This document shows positions 10,390 to 21,340 of a DNA stretch of 64,000 nt, in pieces. Under the pieces are notes generated by a model. The model searched no databases, had not been told where the DNA came from, and saw nothing but the letters and a program-made list of their open reading frames with translations. Every line of letters begins with the position of its first letter. The stretch's first letter is position 1. A program made the position numbers and the translations under genes. The stretch is from an uncultured Acidobacteriota bacterium (lineage in GTDB: Bacteria; Acidobacteriota; Vicinamibacteria; Vicinamibacterales; 2-12-FULL-66-21), in NCBI GenBank assembly GCA_963839705.1, contig CAWIWL010000013.1, forward strand, positions 453,950-517,949. The letters run 5' to 3'.

Positions 10390-10935
10390 ATGAGACAGCT
10401 CGATCGCGTTCTCGTGGGTATCGCCCTTCTCGGGTTTTGCCTGTCCGCTGTAAATTGCGAGCAGCGCGCAGCGCCGGTGCAGCCGGGAATAGAACTACCG
10501 GATCAATCCAACATGCCATCCTGGGAGGGAGCGTGGAGCATCATCGGCCGAGGGTCGATCGTTGCGAGATTCACTCAGACGTTCACGCCGCTCAAATCCA
10601 GGCTCACCGCTGTCGAAATCGACGTCATGACCGGCAGTCGAGGACGTGGCGGAGACGTCATAACTGTGAGGATCTTGGATGCCAATAGAGAGCTGGCCAC
10701 CGCATCCCGGCCGGTAGAGGAAGGTTTTGACGGCATGCTTCGGTTTGATTTTCCGTCGCCAGGCGTCAGCGTCACACCAGGCTCCCCGTTGCACTTGCTC
10801 GTGGAAGACACCAACAAAGATGTCTTCGGTTGGCGGTACGGCCTGAACACGTATCCGGGCGGAGTTGCGTATTTCAACGGCTCGCCCTGGAACGACGGCG
10901 CCTTCGACTTTCGTTTCAGGACCTACGGATCCTGA
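10390..10935 (+). CDS. Hypothetical secreted protein or lipoprotein
   Basis: Hydrophobic leader ending near 'ALLGFCLSAVNCEQR', then a beta-rich 180-aa protein. Confidence 0.6.
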   Translation: MRQLDRVLVGIALLGFCLSAVNCEQRAAPVQPGIELPDQSNMPSWEGAWSIIGRGSIVARFTQTFTPLKSRLTAVEIDVMTGSRGRGGDVITVRILDANRELATASRPVEEGFDGMLRFDFPSPGVSVTPGSPLHLLVEDTNKDVFGWRYGLNTYPGGVAYFNGSPWNDGAFDFRFRTYGS

Positions 10936-10988
10936 GCAGTTTCAACCGTGGTGGAGCCATTGCGTCAACGCTCTGTTTGGAGTGATAC

Positions 10989-12074
10989 ATGAATCGCCGG
11001 CGTCATCATCATCTTCTTCTCCTTGCATCCGTTCTTGTCGCCGCGGTCGCGGTTCACGCGCAGCCCATCGATGAGGTCGTCAAGGGGTGGATGGAGAAAC
11101 AGCACGTGCCCGCCGTGTCCATTGCCGTGATCAAGGACGGCTCTCTGGTCAAGGCGGAGGCGTATGGGTTTGCGGATGTGGAACATCGAGTTCCTGCCCG
11201 GCCCGATACGGTCTTCAAGATTGGATCGGTGAGCAAACAGTTCATTGCTACCGGGATCATGCTGCTCGTTCAGGACGGCCGGATGGCGGTGGGCGACAAG
11301 GTCAGCAAGTACCTGCCAGGGACGCCCGCCACGTGGGAGGCCATCACGATTCGGCATCTGCTCACCCACACCTCCGGCATCGTGCGTGAGGCGCCGGGAT
11401 TCGACCCTTACAAGCTGCAGCCCGAGATCGCCGTCATCGAAACAGCGTATCCGGTTCCGCTACGGTTCACGCCGGGAGAGAGATACGAGTACTGCAACGT
11501 CGGCTACTTTGCACTGGCAGAAGTCATCACAAGAGTCAGCGGAAAACCGTGGGCCGACTTCCTCAGCGAGCGGGTGTTCATTCCGCTGGGCATGACCGCC
11601 ACGCGGGTGACGACGCTCGCGGACATCGTCGCCAACCGCGCCCGGGGCTACGCGTGGAAGGCGGGCACACTGCAGAACGAGGACGACTGGCCGGCGGTGC
11701 GCCCGAGCGGCGCCTTCCTCTCGACCGTACTGGACCTCGCAAAGTGGGAGACGGCGCTGCTCGGTGACCAGGTTCTGAAGGCACCAACCAAGAAGGAAAT
11801 GTGGACGCCGGTGACGCTGAATGACGGGCGAACCTACCCGTATGGATTCGGCTGGCAGCTCGACGACTGGCCCGCCGGTTCTCCGGCTCCGACCGGTGAG
11901 CCGATGATTCGGCACGGAGGGTCGATGAATGGATTCCGGGCAGCCTATTCACGCTGGCCGAGCCGGCGTCTTGCCGTGATAATCCTGACGAATCTCTCTG
12001 ACGCCCCCTACGAAGGTCTGGCAGCAAACATCGCGATCCGGTACGTCCCTGAGCTCAGAACATCGCCGCGCTGA
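10989..12074 (+). CDS. Serine hydrolase, beta-lactamase/PBP class C family
   Basis: Signal peptide; 'FKIGSVSKQFIATGIMLLVQDG' (SxxK), 'YEYCNVGYFALAEVI' (YxN) and 'IRHGGSMNGF'. Confidence 0.92.
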   Translation: MNRRRHHHLLLLASVLVAAVAVHAQPIDEVVKGWMEKQHVPAVSIAVIKDGSLVKAEAYGFADVEHRVPARPDTVFKIGSVSKQFIATGIMLLVQDGRMAVGDKVSKYLPGTPATWEAITIRHLLTHTSGIVREAPGFDPYKLQPEIAVIETAYPVPLRFTPGERYEYCNVGYFALAEVITRVSGKPWADFLSERVFIPLGMTATRVTTLADIVANRARGYAWKAGTLQNEDDWPAVRPSGAFLSTVLDLAKWETALLGDQVLKAPTKKEMWTPVTLNDGRTYPYGFGWQLDDWPAGSPAPTGEPMIRHGGSMNGFRAAYSRWPSRRLAVIILTNLSDAPYEGLAANIAIRYVPELRTSPR

Positions 12075-12100
12075 GTTAGTTTAGAGCGTTTTTCATTTGT

Positions 12101-12159
12101 CCGTAGTGTCCGCCTTTAGGCGGACACGCTGAAGTCCGGCTAAAGCCGGACACTACGCG
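12101..12159. repeat. Intergenic paired palindromes (tccgcctttaggcgga ... gtccggctaaagccggac)
   Basis: Direct reading: gtagtgtccgcctttaggcggacacgctgaagtccggctaaagccggacactac. Related units occur at 44792-44943. Confidence 0.85.
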
Positions 12160-12201
12160 CTACAAAGTAGTGAGAATCGCTCGAGCCTGCCCGCCGCGAG
12201 G

Positions 12202-13488
12202 TTACACGCCAGTCTTCAGGTATCCTCCCAGCGCGGCCAGCAGCCGATCCACTTCCGTCGGGCTGTTGTAGAAATGCGGGGAGACACGGATGCCGGCGCG
12301 ATCCTGGCCGCCGCGCGTCGTGATCCCGATCTTGTCCTTCTCGTAAAGCGCCGTTGCGAGCTTGTTGGCGTCGAGCGTGCCGGGAAGGAACGACACGACC
12401 GCGGCGCGCAGCTCGGGCGAGGGTGAGGTCCAGACCTTGACGCCGGGCAACTTGCCCAGCCCGGCGACGAGCTGCGTCGCTAGCTGACGTCCTCGCTCCT
12501 CGATCGCGGCGCGTCCGACCTTGTCCTGGAACGCCAATGCCGCGCGGAGCGCGATCATCGTGGCCTCGTCGCGCTGTCCGAAGCCCTCGAACGTCCGCGA
12601 GAAGCCCACCGCTCCGGGATAGGCGCTGTAGATGCTGGGCCAGAGCCGCGCCTGCGCAGTCCTGTTGACGAAGAGCACCCCGCACTCGCGCGCGCCGCAC
12701 GGCCACTTGTGGGCGCTCCCCGAGTAGAAGTCCGGCTGCATGTCACCGAGGTTGACGTCGAGCAGCCCGAAGCTCTGCGCTCCGTCGACGAGCGTCAAGA
12801 CACCGCGCTCGCGCGCGATCCGGCACAGCTCCTTGGCCGGCATCAGATCGCCAACCGTGCTCGAGAGGTGGGTGAAGCAGAGCACCTTCGTCCGCGGAGT
12901 GATGGCGCGCGTGAACGCGTCCGCGTAGTAATCGTGGCCGGGATGCGGGTTCTTCTGCTCGACCGTCACGACCGTGAACCCGAAGCGCCTGCCCTTTTCG
13001 CGCCAGGCGTTGAGGTTGCTCGGGTGGTTGTCCCCATGAACGATGACTTCGTCGCCGGCCTTGAGGTCCAGACCGTTCGACACGAGGTTGTTCGACTCGC
13101 TGGTGTTGCGCGTGATGATGATCTCGTCCGGCGTCACGCGCAGGAACTCCGCGAGCGCCTTGCGCGTGTTCTCCTTCTCCGGGTAGAGCCTGGCGCGATT
13201 GTTCGGCGACGGATCCCGATCGACGCTCTGCGTTTCGCGTTGAAGTGTCTCGAGTGCCGTTCTCGAGGCGGGGCACAGGTTGGCGGCGTTCATCACGGCC
13301 AGCTCGGGCGGCACGACGAACTGGGCGCGCACGCTCGTCCAGAACGTTTCGCCGGCAGACGTGCCTCCGATTGCGAGCGGGCCGCCCGCTGGGGCCTGCT
13401 GCGCCCACGCCGGGTCGCTGAAGAGCGCGGCGGAGCCACCGAGCGCGAAGAGGCGGGCAAAGTTGCGTCGCGAAACCGGCGATGACAT
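12202..13488 (-). CDS. Aminotransferase class V (isopenicillin-N epimerase-like), Tat-type leader
   Basis: 'MSSPVSRRNFARLFALGGSAALF...' leader; 'ILTLVDGAQSFGLLDVNLGDMQPDFYSGSAHKWPCGARECGVLFVN'-type PLP region. Confidence 0.9.
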   Translation of the reverse strand: MSSPVSRRNFARLFALGGSAALFSDPAWAQQAPAGGPLAIGGTSAGETFWTSVRAQFVVPPELAVMNAANLCPASRTALETLQRETQSVDRDPSPNNRARLYPEKENTRKALAEFLRVTPDEIIITRNTSESNNLVSNGLDLKAGDEVIVHGDNHPSNLNAWREKGRRFGFTVVTVEQKNPHPGHDYYADAFTRAITPRTKVLCFTHLSSTVGDLMPAKELCRIARERGVLTLVDGAQSFGLLDVNLGDMQPDFYSGSAHKWPCGARECGVLFVNRTAQARLWPSIYSAYPGAVGFSRTFEGFGQRDEATMIALRAALAFQDKVGRAAIEERGRQLATQLVAGLGKLPGVKVWTSPSPELRAAVVSFLPGTLDANKLATALYEKDKIGITTRGGQDRAGIRVSPHFYNSPTEVDRLLAALGGYLKTGV

Positions 13489-13500
13489 GCTGGAGCCTCC

Positions 13501-14489
13501 GTGACGCGCATTGTAACAGGTGGACTGATACTATCGATTCCCTTGTCGGTCAAAGCCCGGAATCGCCGCGACCATGCGTGGCTTGCATACGCCGCCCTCC
13601 TCGTCGCCATCTCGGGAATTGCGTGGTCGGCGATCTTCATCCGCTGGTCCGACGTTCCGGGACCCTCCTCTGCTTTCTACCGCGTCTTCATCGCGGCGCT
13701 CGTGCTCGTGCCGTGGAGAGTCCTCTCCGCGCTGGTGTCAGCGCGTGAGCGCGCACGGGTTGCCCGCGTCAGCCGGCGGGCGTTCCTGCTGGCGCTCGTT
13801 GGCGGCGTCTTCTTTGGTTTCGACCTCGCCCTCTACAACACCTCCGTGATGCGCACGACGGCGACGACCGCGACGCTATTCGGCAACAACGCGCCGATTT
13901 TTGTTGGCATCGGGACGTGGATTTTTTTCCGGCGGCGGCCGACGCGTAAATTCTGGATCGGCCTGGCGCTCGCGATGTCCGGCGCCGCGATTGTGATGAT
14001 TGCCAACGCCGCGCGGCCTCAGGGCTCGACCGGCGATCTGACTGGTGCGCTCATGTCATTGGGCGCGGCGGCATTCTTCGCCGCCTACCTGCTCGCAACC
14101 GAACACGTGCGCGAGGAAATGGACACATTGACCTTCAGTACGATCGCCGTCGCTGGCAGCGTACTGACGCTGCTCGCCGTGTGCGCGATCGTGGGCGCGC
14201 CTTTGTCAGGTTTCGGCGCGAAACGTGGTTCGCGCTGATGGGCCTTGGCCTGATCTCGCAGCTCGGCGCCTACCTCGGCCTGGCGTACGCGCTCGGACAC
14301 CTTCCGGCCACCATCACGTCGGTCGGCCTCCTTGCGCAAGTGCCGTTGACGGCGATACTGGCGGTGCCGCTGCTCGGCGAGCCGCTCACCATACCCTACC
14401 TGGCGGGTGGCGCGTTGGTTCTTGCGGGGATATATGTGGTGACTCGGGCTCCGTCGGTTGCCGCTCGACAAGACTCAGGGCGAGCCTGA
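13501..14489 (+). CDS. EamA/DMT family transporter, apparent frameshift near 14222
   Basis: ORF 13501-14238 ('HAWLAYAALLVAISGIAWSAIFIRWSDVPG...') continues in the next frame as 'ETWFALMGLGLISQLGAYLGLAYALGHLPATITSVGLLAQVPLTAILAVPLLGEPLT...', ending at 14489. Confidence 0.88.
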
Positions 14490-14556
14490 GCCAAAATCCA
14501 AGGGTCAACCGTCGGCGATTGATGCGCCGCCGCGAGGTTGCGATGACGGCCCTCGT

Positions 14557-15588
14557 TCAGGCAGATCGCGACTCTGTTGTGACCGTACGCGTGAGCTGGT
14601 CACGCAAGTGCGCGGTGATTTCGTACGAATGCACTCGCGCCGCATGATCGAAGACTTGCGCGGCGATGATGATCTCGTCGGCTTCGGTTCTGGTCAGAAA
14701 GTCGGACAGGCCGCGCCCGACGGTGTCTGGTGAGCCGACGATTGCCGTTCCCAGCACGTGCTGCAACTCCATTCGTTCGAGCGGCGTGAGCGCCGCCTCG
14801 AAACGATCCGGATCGACCGGCGGCGGTACCCGACCCAGTGTGCCCCGGCGGAGCGCGAGAAAAATCTGCTGGTGCGAAGTAAAGAGCCGCCGCGCTTCCT
14901 CGTCGGTGTCTGCCGCGACGACGTTGACGCCGAGCATCAGGTGCGGGCGCTCGAGCGCGCCCGGGACCGTCTGGGGACTGAACTGGCGGCGGTAGATGTC
15001 GATCGCCGACATCATCTGCGCCGGTGCGAAGTGCGACGCGAACGCAAACGGCAGGCCGAGCTCGGCGGCGAGCTGCGCGCCGAACAGACTCGATCCGAGG
15101 ATCCAGATCGGTACGTGCAAACCCGCACCAGGAACCGCTCTGACGCGTTGCCCCGGCGCAGGCTCGCGGAAGAGCGCGATGAGTTCCTGAACATCCTGTG
15201 GGAACGAGTCGACGTTCAGGTGGCGGCGCAGGGCCACCGCCGTCACCTGGTCGCTGCCGGGCGCCCGGCCCAGCCCGAGGTCGATGCGGCCGGGGAAGAG
15301 CGACTCGAGGGTGCCGAACTGTTCGGCGATGACGAGCGGCGAATGGTTGGGCAGCATGATGCCGCCCGCGCCGACTCTGATGGTCGACGTCCCGCCCGCC
15401 ACGTGCGCGATCACGACCGACGTAGCCGCGCTCGCGACGGCCGGCATGTTGTGGTGCTCCGCCAGCCAGTAGCGGTGGTAGCCCCACTGTTCAGCGTGCT
15501 GCGCGAGGTCCAGGCTGTTACGGAACGCCTGGGCGGCGCTGCCGCCCTCGACAATAGGGGCGAGATCGAGGATCGAAAATGGGATCAT
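14557..15588 (-). CDS. LLM class (luciferase-like) flavin-dependent oxidoreductase
   Basis: '[91 protein letters not shown]'. Confidence 0.95.
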   Translation of the reverse strand: MIPFSILDLAPIVEGGSAAQAFRNSLDLAQHAEQWGYHRYWLAEHHNMPAVASAATSVVIAHVAGGTSTIRVGAGGIMLPNHSPLVIAEQFGTLESLFPGRIDLGLGRAPGSDQVTAVALRRHLNVDSFPQDVQELIALFREPAPGQRVRAVPGAGLHVPIWILGSSLFGAQLAAELGLPFAFASHFAPAQMMSAIDIYRRQFSPQTVPGALERPHLMLGVNVVAADTDEEARRLFTSHQQIFLALRRGTLGRVPPPVDPDRFEAALTPLERMELQHVLGTAIVGSPDTVGRGLSDFLTRTEADEIIIAAQVFDHAARVHSYEITAHLRDQLTRTVTTESRSA

Positions 15589-15804
15589 GTCGTTAGTTGA
15601 GACGTACGCGGCGGGGCTCAGGTCCCCGGCCGGCTGCGAAATGACAGAATAGCTACTCCCGTACTACGGTCCAAGCACGATGGCGACGATGACATGATGT
15701 TCACGATGGATCCGTGGAGTGCTCATCGTGAGCCTCGGCCGTCGGCGCGTTCAAGCTGGCTCTTGGTTCATGAGACAGGTTGTAGTCCTCGGAGGAACGA
15801 TCGA

Positions 15805-17184
15805 ATGACGTCACGAGTGTACCGGCTACTGGGCTGTCTCGGTCTTCTCGCCGCCGTATCGGTCGCGCTCGTGGCGGCTACTGAATCTTCCCAACCACAG
15901 ACATCTTCCCGACACGTCGTGCTCATCAGCCTCGACGGTTTCCCGAGCTGGGCGCTGGATGACCCGTACCTCCCCGTGCCGATGCTGCGCCGGCTGGCCG
16001 CGCGCGGGGCGGTAGCCAGGGGGATGCGGCCGGTGAACCCGACGGTGACATGGCCGAACCACACGACCCTCATCACCGGCGTCACGCCCGCGAAGCACGG
16101 CGTGCTCTTCAACGGCCTGCTCAAGCGCGACCCCGGCGTGCCGCCTCGCGTCGAGCCTTGGCTCCCGCGGGACGAGATGGTGCGCGTCAAGACCCTGTAC
16201 GACATCGCGCACGCACGCGGGATGACGACGGCGCAGGTCGACTGGGTGGCGATTCAAGCGGCGCCGACGGTGACCTGGGAGTTTCCCGAGCGTCCTGCGC
16301 CCGACGGCCAGATCGCGCAGCAGCTCGTCAAGGCCGGTGTTCTCTCGCAGGCGGAGCTCGAGACGTTTGCCACACGCAACATCATCTGGCGCGATCACAT
16401 CTGGACACAGGCGGCGGCGCACATCATCCGCCAGCACAAGCCGAACCTGATGATGTATCACCTGCTCAACCTCGACTCCACCCAGCATCGATACGGTCCG
16501 CGGACGCCCGCGGCGATGACGGCGATGGCGCACCTCGACGCGCAGGTCGCCGAGATCGTGAACGCGGTCGAACAGGCCGGGCTGACCGAGCGCACGACCT
16601 TCCTGGTCGTCTCCGATCACGGGTTCAAGCTGGTCAAGCGGCAAATCAGGCTCAACGCAGCATTCCTGAAGGCCGGCCTGCTCAAGGTTCAGGACGGAAA
16701 GATCGTCCAGTCCGAGGCGTACGTCGTGCCGGAAGGCGGGTCGGCAATCGTTTACTTGACCGTGCCGGATCCAACGGGCGACATCCTCGCTCGTGCCCGG
16801 AAGGCGATGGCCGGCATCGAGGGCATCGACGCCATCATCGAACCTGCCGATTACGGCCGCTTCGGCCTGCCGCTTCCGAGCGTGAACGACCAGATGGGTG
16901 TGTTTTTCATCACACCGAGGGAAGGCTACTCGTTCACGGCCGCAGCAGGGGACGATGTCGTGGTTGATGCGCCGGAGGGAAGTCTCGGCGCGCACGGCTA
17001 CCCGGCGACGGATCCGGACCTGAGCGCCCTCTTCATCGCGGCAGGTGCGGGTATCGCGCCTGGCACGAAGATCGACACGATCGACAATGTCGACGTGGCG
17101 CCGACCATGGCTGACTTACTCGGGTTATCGCTTGGAAACGTCGACGGGCGCGTGTTGCGGGAGATTCTGACACCCAAGCGCTGA
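15805..17184 (+). CDS. Alkaline phosphatase family / type I phosphodiesterase-nucleotide pyrophosphatase
   Basis: 'VVLISLDGFPSWALDDPYLPVPMLRRLAARGAVARGMRPVNPTVTWPNHTTLITGVTPAKHGVLFNG', plus 'VVSDHGF'. Start chosen at the signal-like 'MTSRVYRLLGCLGLLAAVS'. Confidence 0.93.
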   Translation: MTSRVYRLLGCLGLLAAVSVALVAATESSQPQTSSRHVVLISLDGFPSWALDDPYLPVPMLRRLAARGAVARGMRPVNPTVTWPNHTTLITGVTPAKHGVLFNGLLKRDPGVPPRVEPWLPRDEMVRVKTLYDIAHARGMTTAQVDWVAIQAAPTVTWEFPERPAPDGQIAQQLVKAGVLSQAELETFATRNIIWRDHIWTQAAAHIIRQHKPNLMMYHLLNLDSTQHRYGPRTPAAMTAMAHLDAQVAEIVNAVEQAGLTERTTFLVVSDHGFKLVKRQIRLNAAFLKAGLLKVQDGKIVQSEAYVVPEGGSAIVYLTVPDPTGDILARARKAMAGIEGIDAIIEPADYGRFGLPLPSVNDQMGVFFITPREGYSFTAAAGDDVVVDAPEGSLGAHGYPATDPDLSALFIAAGAGIAPGTKIDTIDNVDVAPTMADLLGLSLGNVDGRVLREILTPKR

Positions 17185-17260
17185 GACCTTGTGAAGCAAG
17201 GCGGAGGAGCGCAGCGAGCGAGCCACGCGAGCGGAGCGGGGCGTCGGGGTCCCCGCGAGG

Positions 17261-17317
17261 GCCCGCCTACGCCAAGGCTCCGGCGAGGTCTCGCCGTAGC
17301 GCTTCGCGCGAAGGCGG
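17261..17317. repeat. Dispersed GC-rich module 'cgccttcgcgcgaagcgc...cgcc..ag..ttggcg.aggcgg' (reverse-oriented copy)
   Basis: Reverse complement ccgccttcgcgcgaagcgctacggcgagacctcgccggagccttggcgtaggcggg matches 28049-28104 and 29574-29627. Confidence 0.8.
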
Positions 17318-17373
17318 AAGCGTGTAAGGGGGTCCGGGGGACGAAGTCCCCCGGTGAGAGCTGACCCCGCTTG

Positions 17374-18657
17374 TTACTGTCCGGAGCCGGCAGGCGTCGC
17401 GACGGGCTCGAGCCGCAGGATCCCGCCGGGGTTGGCGTCGACGACGAGATACAGCAGCCCATCGGGGCCCTGGCGGACGTCGCGGATGCGCTGGCGCAGC
17501 GAACCGAGCATCAGTTCGCGTCCGGCGAGGCCTCGCCCGTTCATCCCGACGCGCCAGACACCCGTGCCAGCGAGCGCACCGAGGAAGAACTGACCCTTCC
17601 ACCCGGCGTACTTGTCGCCGCTGTAGATCACCATCCCTGAAAGGCCCGGCGACGGCGCCCAGAACATGAACGGCTGTTCCATGCCTTCTTGAGCGGGCTG
17701 CGGACTGATGACTTCGCCGCTGTACTCGCGGCCGAACGTGATGACGGGCCAGCCGTAGTTCTTGCCCGCCTCGATCAGGTTGAGCTCGTCGCCGCCCTGC
17801 GGGCCGTGTTCGGTGGCCCAGACGGCGCCGGTGTCGGGATGGACGGCGAGCCCCTGAATGTTGCGGTGCCCCCACGTGAAGATCTCGGGCTTGTATCCAG
17901 CCTTGCCCACGAACGGATTGTCGGGAGGCACGGAGCCGTCGTCTTTGAGCCGCAGGATCTTGCCGCCGTGGATGTTGGTGTTCTGCGCGCGGACGCGGTC
18001 GTTGCGCTCGCCGACGCTCATGTAGAGCATGCCGTCCTTGCCGAAGGCGAGCTTCGACCCGAAGTGGACGCCGCCCTGGTTCCAGTTGTCGGTGACGAGC
18101 AGGTCCTTCAGGTCGACGAGCGCCTTGCCGTCGAACCGCCCGCGCGCGAGCGCCGTCGTCCCCTCCTTGTCCTTCCCCTTCGAGTAGGTCAGGTAGACGA
18201 ACTGGTTCTGCGCGAACTGCGGATGGAGGGCGACCTCGAGCAGCCCGCCCTGGCCGACCGCAAACACTTCGGGGATGCCGGCTATCGGCAGAGGGTCGAG
18301 CGCGCCGCCGCGGACGATCCTCAGCTTTCCCGCCTTCTCGGTGACGAGCATGTCGCCGTTCGGCAGGAACGCGAGGCTCCACGGCGTCGCGAGGCCCTTG
18401 ACCAAGGGTACGACGCGCAGCTGACCGCCGAGCGCCTCGACCACCGGGGACCCGTCGGGGAACGGGAGCGAGGGAGGCCGCTGGAACCCGCCTGGGGCCG
18501 GTCCCTGTCGTCCGCCACCCTGTCGTCCGCCTGCCGGAGGCTGAGCCGCGCCGGCGGGCGGTTGCTGCACGGGCGGCGAAGCCATCAAGGCAGCCGCAGC
18601 CAACCCAATTGCCGCCGCTGTCACGCCGAGAGTTGTCTGTTTCATCGATGTCCGCAT
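17374..18657 (-). CDS. PQQ-dependent sugar dehydrogenase (glucose/sorbosone dehydrogenase family)
   Basis: Signal peptide then 'LVKGLATPWSLAFLPNGDMLVTEKAGKLRIVRGGALDPLPIAGIPEVFAVGQGGLLEVALHPQFAQNQFVYLTYS'. Confidence 0.94.
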   Translation of the reverse strand: MRTSMKQTTLGVTAAAIGLAAAALMASPPVQQPPAGAAQPPAGGRQGGGRQGPAPGGFQRPPSLPFPDGSPVVEALGGQLRVVPLVKGLATPWSLAFLPNGDMLVTEKAGKLRIVRGGALDPLPIAGIPEVFAVGQGGLLEVALHPQFAQNQFVYLTYSKGKDKEGTTALARGRFDGKALVDLKDLLVTDNWNQGGVHFGSKLAFGKDGMLYMSVGERNDRVRAQNTNIHGGKILRLKDDGSVPPDNPFVGKAGYKPEIFTWGHRNIQGLAVHPDTGAVWATEHGPQGGDELNLIEAGKNYGWPVITFGREYSGEVISPQPAQEGMEQPFMFWAPSPGLSGMVIYSGDKYAGWKGQFFLGALAGTGVWRVGMNGRGLAGRELMLGSLRQRIRDVRQGPDGLLYLVVDANPGGILRLEPVATPAGSGQ

Positions 18658-18703
18658 CTCGATCTCCTGTTGTTCTCGCGAGCTGCCTCGTGACTCTGCC
18701 CGT

Positions 18704-19567
18704 CTACGTCTGCCTGATGCCTCCGAGGACGCCGCGCATGTAGGCGAACGACTGGAGCATTCCCGGCAGCGGATTGTCCACATCGATCTCGTATTCGAGA
18801 CCGACATGACCCGTATAGCCGATCTTGACGAGCGCACGGAAGAGGGCGGGGAAGTCGATGGCGCCCTTCCCGACGATCACCTGGCTGTCACGATCCTTCA
18901 AGTTGCTCAGGTCCTTGACGTGGAGATCGTAGACCCGCTCGTGCAGCTCGAGGATGGCCTTCGTCGGATCGACGCCGGCGCGCCACGTGTGGCCGATGTC
19001 CACGCACAGCCCCATGTGCTTGTCGCGCCCTTTGACGTGCTTGTACACATCGTACGGCGACGGGAAGAACTTGTCCTCGGGGCCGTGATTGTGGATGGCG
19101 ACCTTGATGTCGAACTCCTTCGCCGTCTTCTCCACCGTGTCCAGCGCCTCGAAGCTCGGCGCCGCAACGATGAGCGGCATCCCGGCAAGCTTCGCGTATT
19201 CGAAGTCCTTGCGCACCTGCTCCGCGTCGCTCGGCTGCCAGCTTGGACCCTTCTGCACCCACGTGATGGTGCCGCCGCCCATGATCGTGAAGCCCGCGGC
19301 CTCGGTCTTGGCACGAGCCGCCTTGATCGCCTCGGGCGGATCGGTCCGGGGCAGATGCACATCCTTGAAATTGATGTATCTGACGTCGCAGGCCTTGGCC
19401 ATCTCGAGGGCCTTGTCGAAGGGGAACTTGCGCAGGGAATATGAGGCAACGCCGAGCTTCAGCTGATCGGGGGCCGCAGCCGCTGGCGCCGGCGAGGCAG
19501 CCCGACCGGTTACCTGAGGCAGAATGCTTGCGGCCGCCACCGTCGCCAGGAATTCACGTCGTCTCAT
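18704..19567 (-). CDS. Sugar phosphate isomerase/epimerase (xylose isomerase-like TIM barrel), Tat leader
   Basis: 'MRRREFLATVAAASILPQ' leader; 'KLGVASYSLRKFPFDKALEMAKACDVRYINFKDVHLP...MGLCVDIGHTWRAGVDP...GHVGLEYEID'. Confidence 0.92.
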   Translation of the reverse strand: MRRREFLATVAAASILPQVTGRAASPAPAAAAPDQLKLGVASYSLRKFPFDKALEMAKACDVRYINFKDVHLPRTDPPEAIKAARAKTEAAGFTIMGGGTITWVQKGPSWQPSDAEQVRKDFEYAKLAGMPLIVAAPSFEALDTVEKTAKEFDIKVAIHNHGPEDKFFPSPYDVYKHVKGRDKHMGLCVDIGHTWRAGVDPTKAILELHERVYDLHVKDLSNLKDRDSQVIVGKGAIDFPALFRALVKIGYTGHVGLEYEIDVDNPLPGMLQSFAYMRGVLGGIRQT

Positions 19568-19687
19568 CGGATTCCCTCCGTGAATGTCATCGAAACCAAC
19601 GCAGCATCATATCGCCTCTCAGAGCTTCGGGGCGATGGGGGACTGTTACGGGCAGCTGGCAGCTGGCTGTTGGTTATTCGGGGCTCG

Positions 19688-19775
19688 GGGATCAGGGATC
19701 AGGAAGATCCTTCCGATCTCGGCCGCACGACTAGGCGCTCAGGGCTCTTGGCCTGATCCCTGATCCCTGATCCCT
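19688..19775. repeat. Heptad repeats (gggatcagggatcagg / ctgatccctgatccctgatccctga), inverted pair
   Basis: Seven-nt period tgatccc repeated in opposite orientations at 19688-19703 and 19752-19775. Confidence 0.8.
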
Positions 19776-19801
19776 GAGCCTTCGTAATGACATAATGATC
19801 C

Positions 19802-21181
19802 GTGCCATTCAACCATCTCGGGCTTCATCCTTCTCTTCTGCAGGGCATCAAGGAGCTGGGCTTCGTTCGGCCCACGACCATTCAAGCTGAGGCGATTCCC
19901 CCTGCGATGCAGGGCAGGGACGTCATCGCAACCGCACAAACCGGCAGCGGCAAGACGGCGGCGTTTCTGCTTCCCATCCTGAACCGGCTGATCGACAAGC
20001 CTCGCCGGACCACGCGTGCGCTCGTACTTGCGCCGACGCGTGAGCTCGCGGCGCAGATTCTCGAGGACCTCAACGCACTCGCCGTCCACACGCCGATCAC
20101 CGGCGCGGCGGTCTATGGAGGCGTAGGAATGGGGCCGCAGGAGCACGCGTTCAAGAGCGGCGTCGACATCATCGTTGCGACACCGGGCCGGCTGCTGGAC
20201 CACATGCGCTCGGGTTACGCGAAGATGAGCCATCTCGAACACCTCGTCCTCGACGAGGCGGACCGCATGCTCGACATGGGGTTCCTGCCCGAGATCCGCA
20301 AGATCCTGACGCACTTGCCAACGCGCCGCCAGACGCTCTTCTTCAGCGCGACGATGCCGCCGCCGATTGCGGCGCTGTCCAGCGAAATGCTCCGTAATCC
20401 TGTGACGATTCAGATGCAGCGCCAGGCCGCGCCCGCCTCGGGGATCACGCAGGCGGTCTATCCGGTGCCGCAAGAACTGAAGCCGGTGCTGGCCGTGCAC
20501 TTGCTGACGCGCGGGACGATGACGCAGGCGCTGATCTTCACCCGGACGAAACATCGGGCGAACCGGCTGGCGGACTTCCTGGTTCGGAGCGGCATCAAGA
20601 CGGAGCGGATCCACGGGAACCGCTCGCAGGCGCAGCGCACGGCGGCGCTCGCGGGCTTCAGGAACGGGACCTATCCCGTGCTCGTCGCGACCGACATTGC
20701 GGCCCGCGGCATCGACGTCGAAGCGCTCGGCCACGTGGTGAACTTCGATGTGCCGATGGCGCCCGACGACTACATTCATCGCGTCGGACGCACGGGCCGC
20801 GCGGAGATGACCGGCGAAGCCTTCACGTTCGTCTCGCCGCAGGAGGAGGGCGAGCTGAAGGACATCGAGCGCGTGCTCGGACGGCGGCTGCCGCGCGTCA
20901 CCGTCCCGGACTTCGACTACGCGGCGCGCCCGCAGGCCAGGCTGGAGATTCCGCTCGCGCAGCGCATCGCGGAGATCAGGGCAAGGAAGCGGGGAGAGCG
21001 CGAGCGCGCCGCCGCCAACGCCGCGCGCCGCTCCGCCGCCCAGCGCGGGCGTCCTGTTACGCCGTCACAGCCGCATGGAGATGGTGGTCATCGGCCGCCG
21101 CGCCCGTCGGGGCCATCAGGACACGGTCATCGTCCGAGCCGTCCGAGCCGATTCGGCGGCCGCGGCCGGCGGACGCGGTAG
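19802..21181 (+). CDS. rhlE: DEAD/DEAH-box ATP-dependent RNA helicase, RhlE-like
   Basis: Q motif 'PTTIQAEAIPPAMQGRDVIATAQTGSGKTAAF', 'DEAD'-type 'VLDEADRMLDMGF', 'SATMP', 'HRVGRTGRAE'; basic Arg/Gly-rich tail. Confidence 0.93.
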   Translation: MPFNHLGLHPSLLQGIKELGFVRPTTIQAEAIPPAMQGRDVIATAQTGSGKTAAFLLPILNRLIDKPRRTTRALVLAPTRELAAQILEDLNALAVHTPITGAAVYGGVGMGPQEHAFKSGVDIIVATPGRLLDHMRSGYAKMSHLEHLVLDEADRMLDMGFLPEIRKILTHLPTRRQTLFFSATMPPPIAALSSEMLRNPVTIQMQRQAAPASGITQAVYPVPQELKPVLAVHLLTRGTMTQALIFTRTKHRANRLADFLVRSGIKTERIHGNRSQAQRTAALAGFRNGTYPVLVATDIAARGIDVEALGHVVNFDVPMAPDDYIHRVGRTGRAEMTGEAFTFVSPQEEGELKDIERVLGRRLPRVTVPDFDYAARPQARLEIPLAQRIAEIRARKRGERERAAANAARRSAAQRGRPVTPSQPHGDGGHRPPRPSGPSGHGHRPSRPSRFGGRGRRTR

Positions 21182-21340
21182 TCTAAAAGGCTTCAGCGCG
21201 GAGCGCTCGGCTTGGCCGGGTCTACAAGACGCTCGCAGTTGCGCGTCGCGCCCGTAGCGCGCTCGCAACCTCCCGCTGCGCGGGGGCGTCGAGAGCGGTC
21301 AGCGTTCGGACGATGCCACCTTCCATAACCGCTCGTCGAG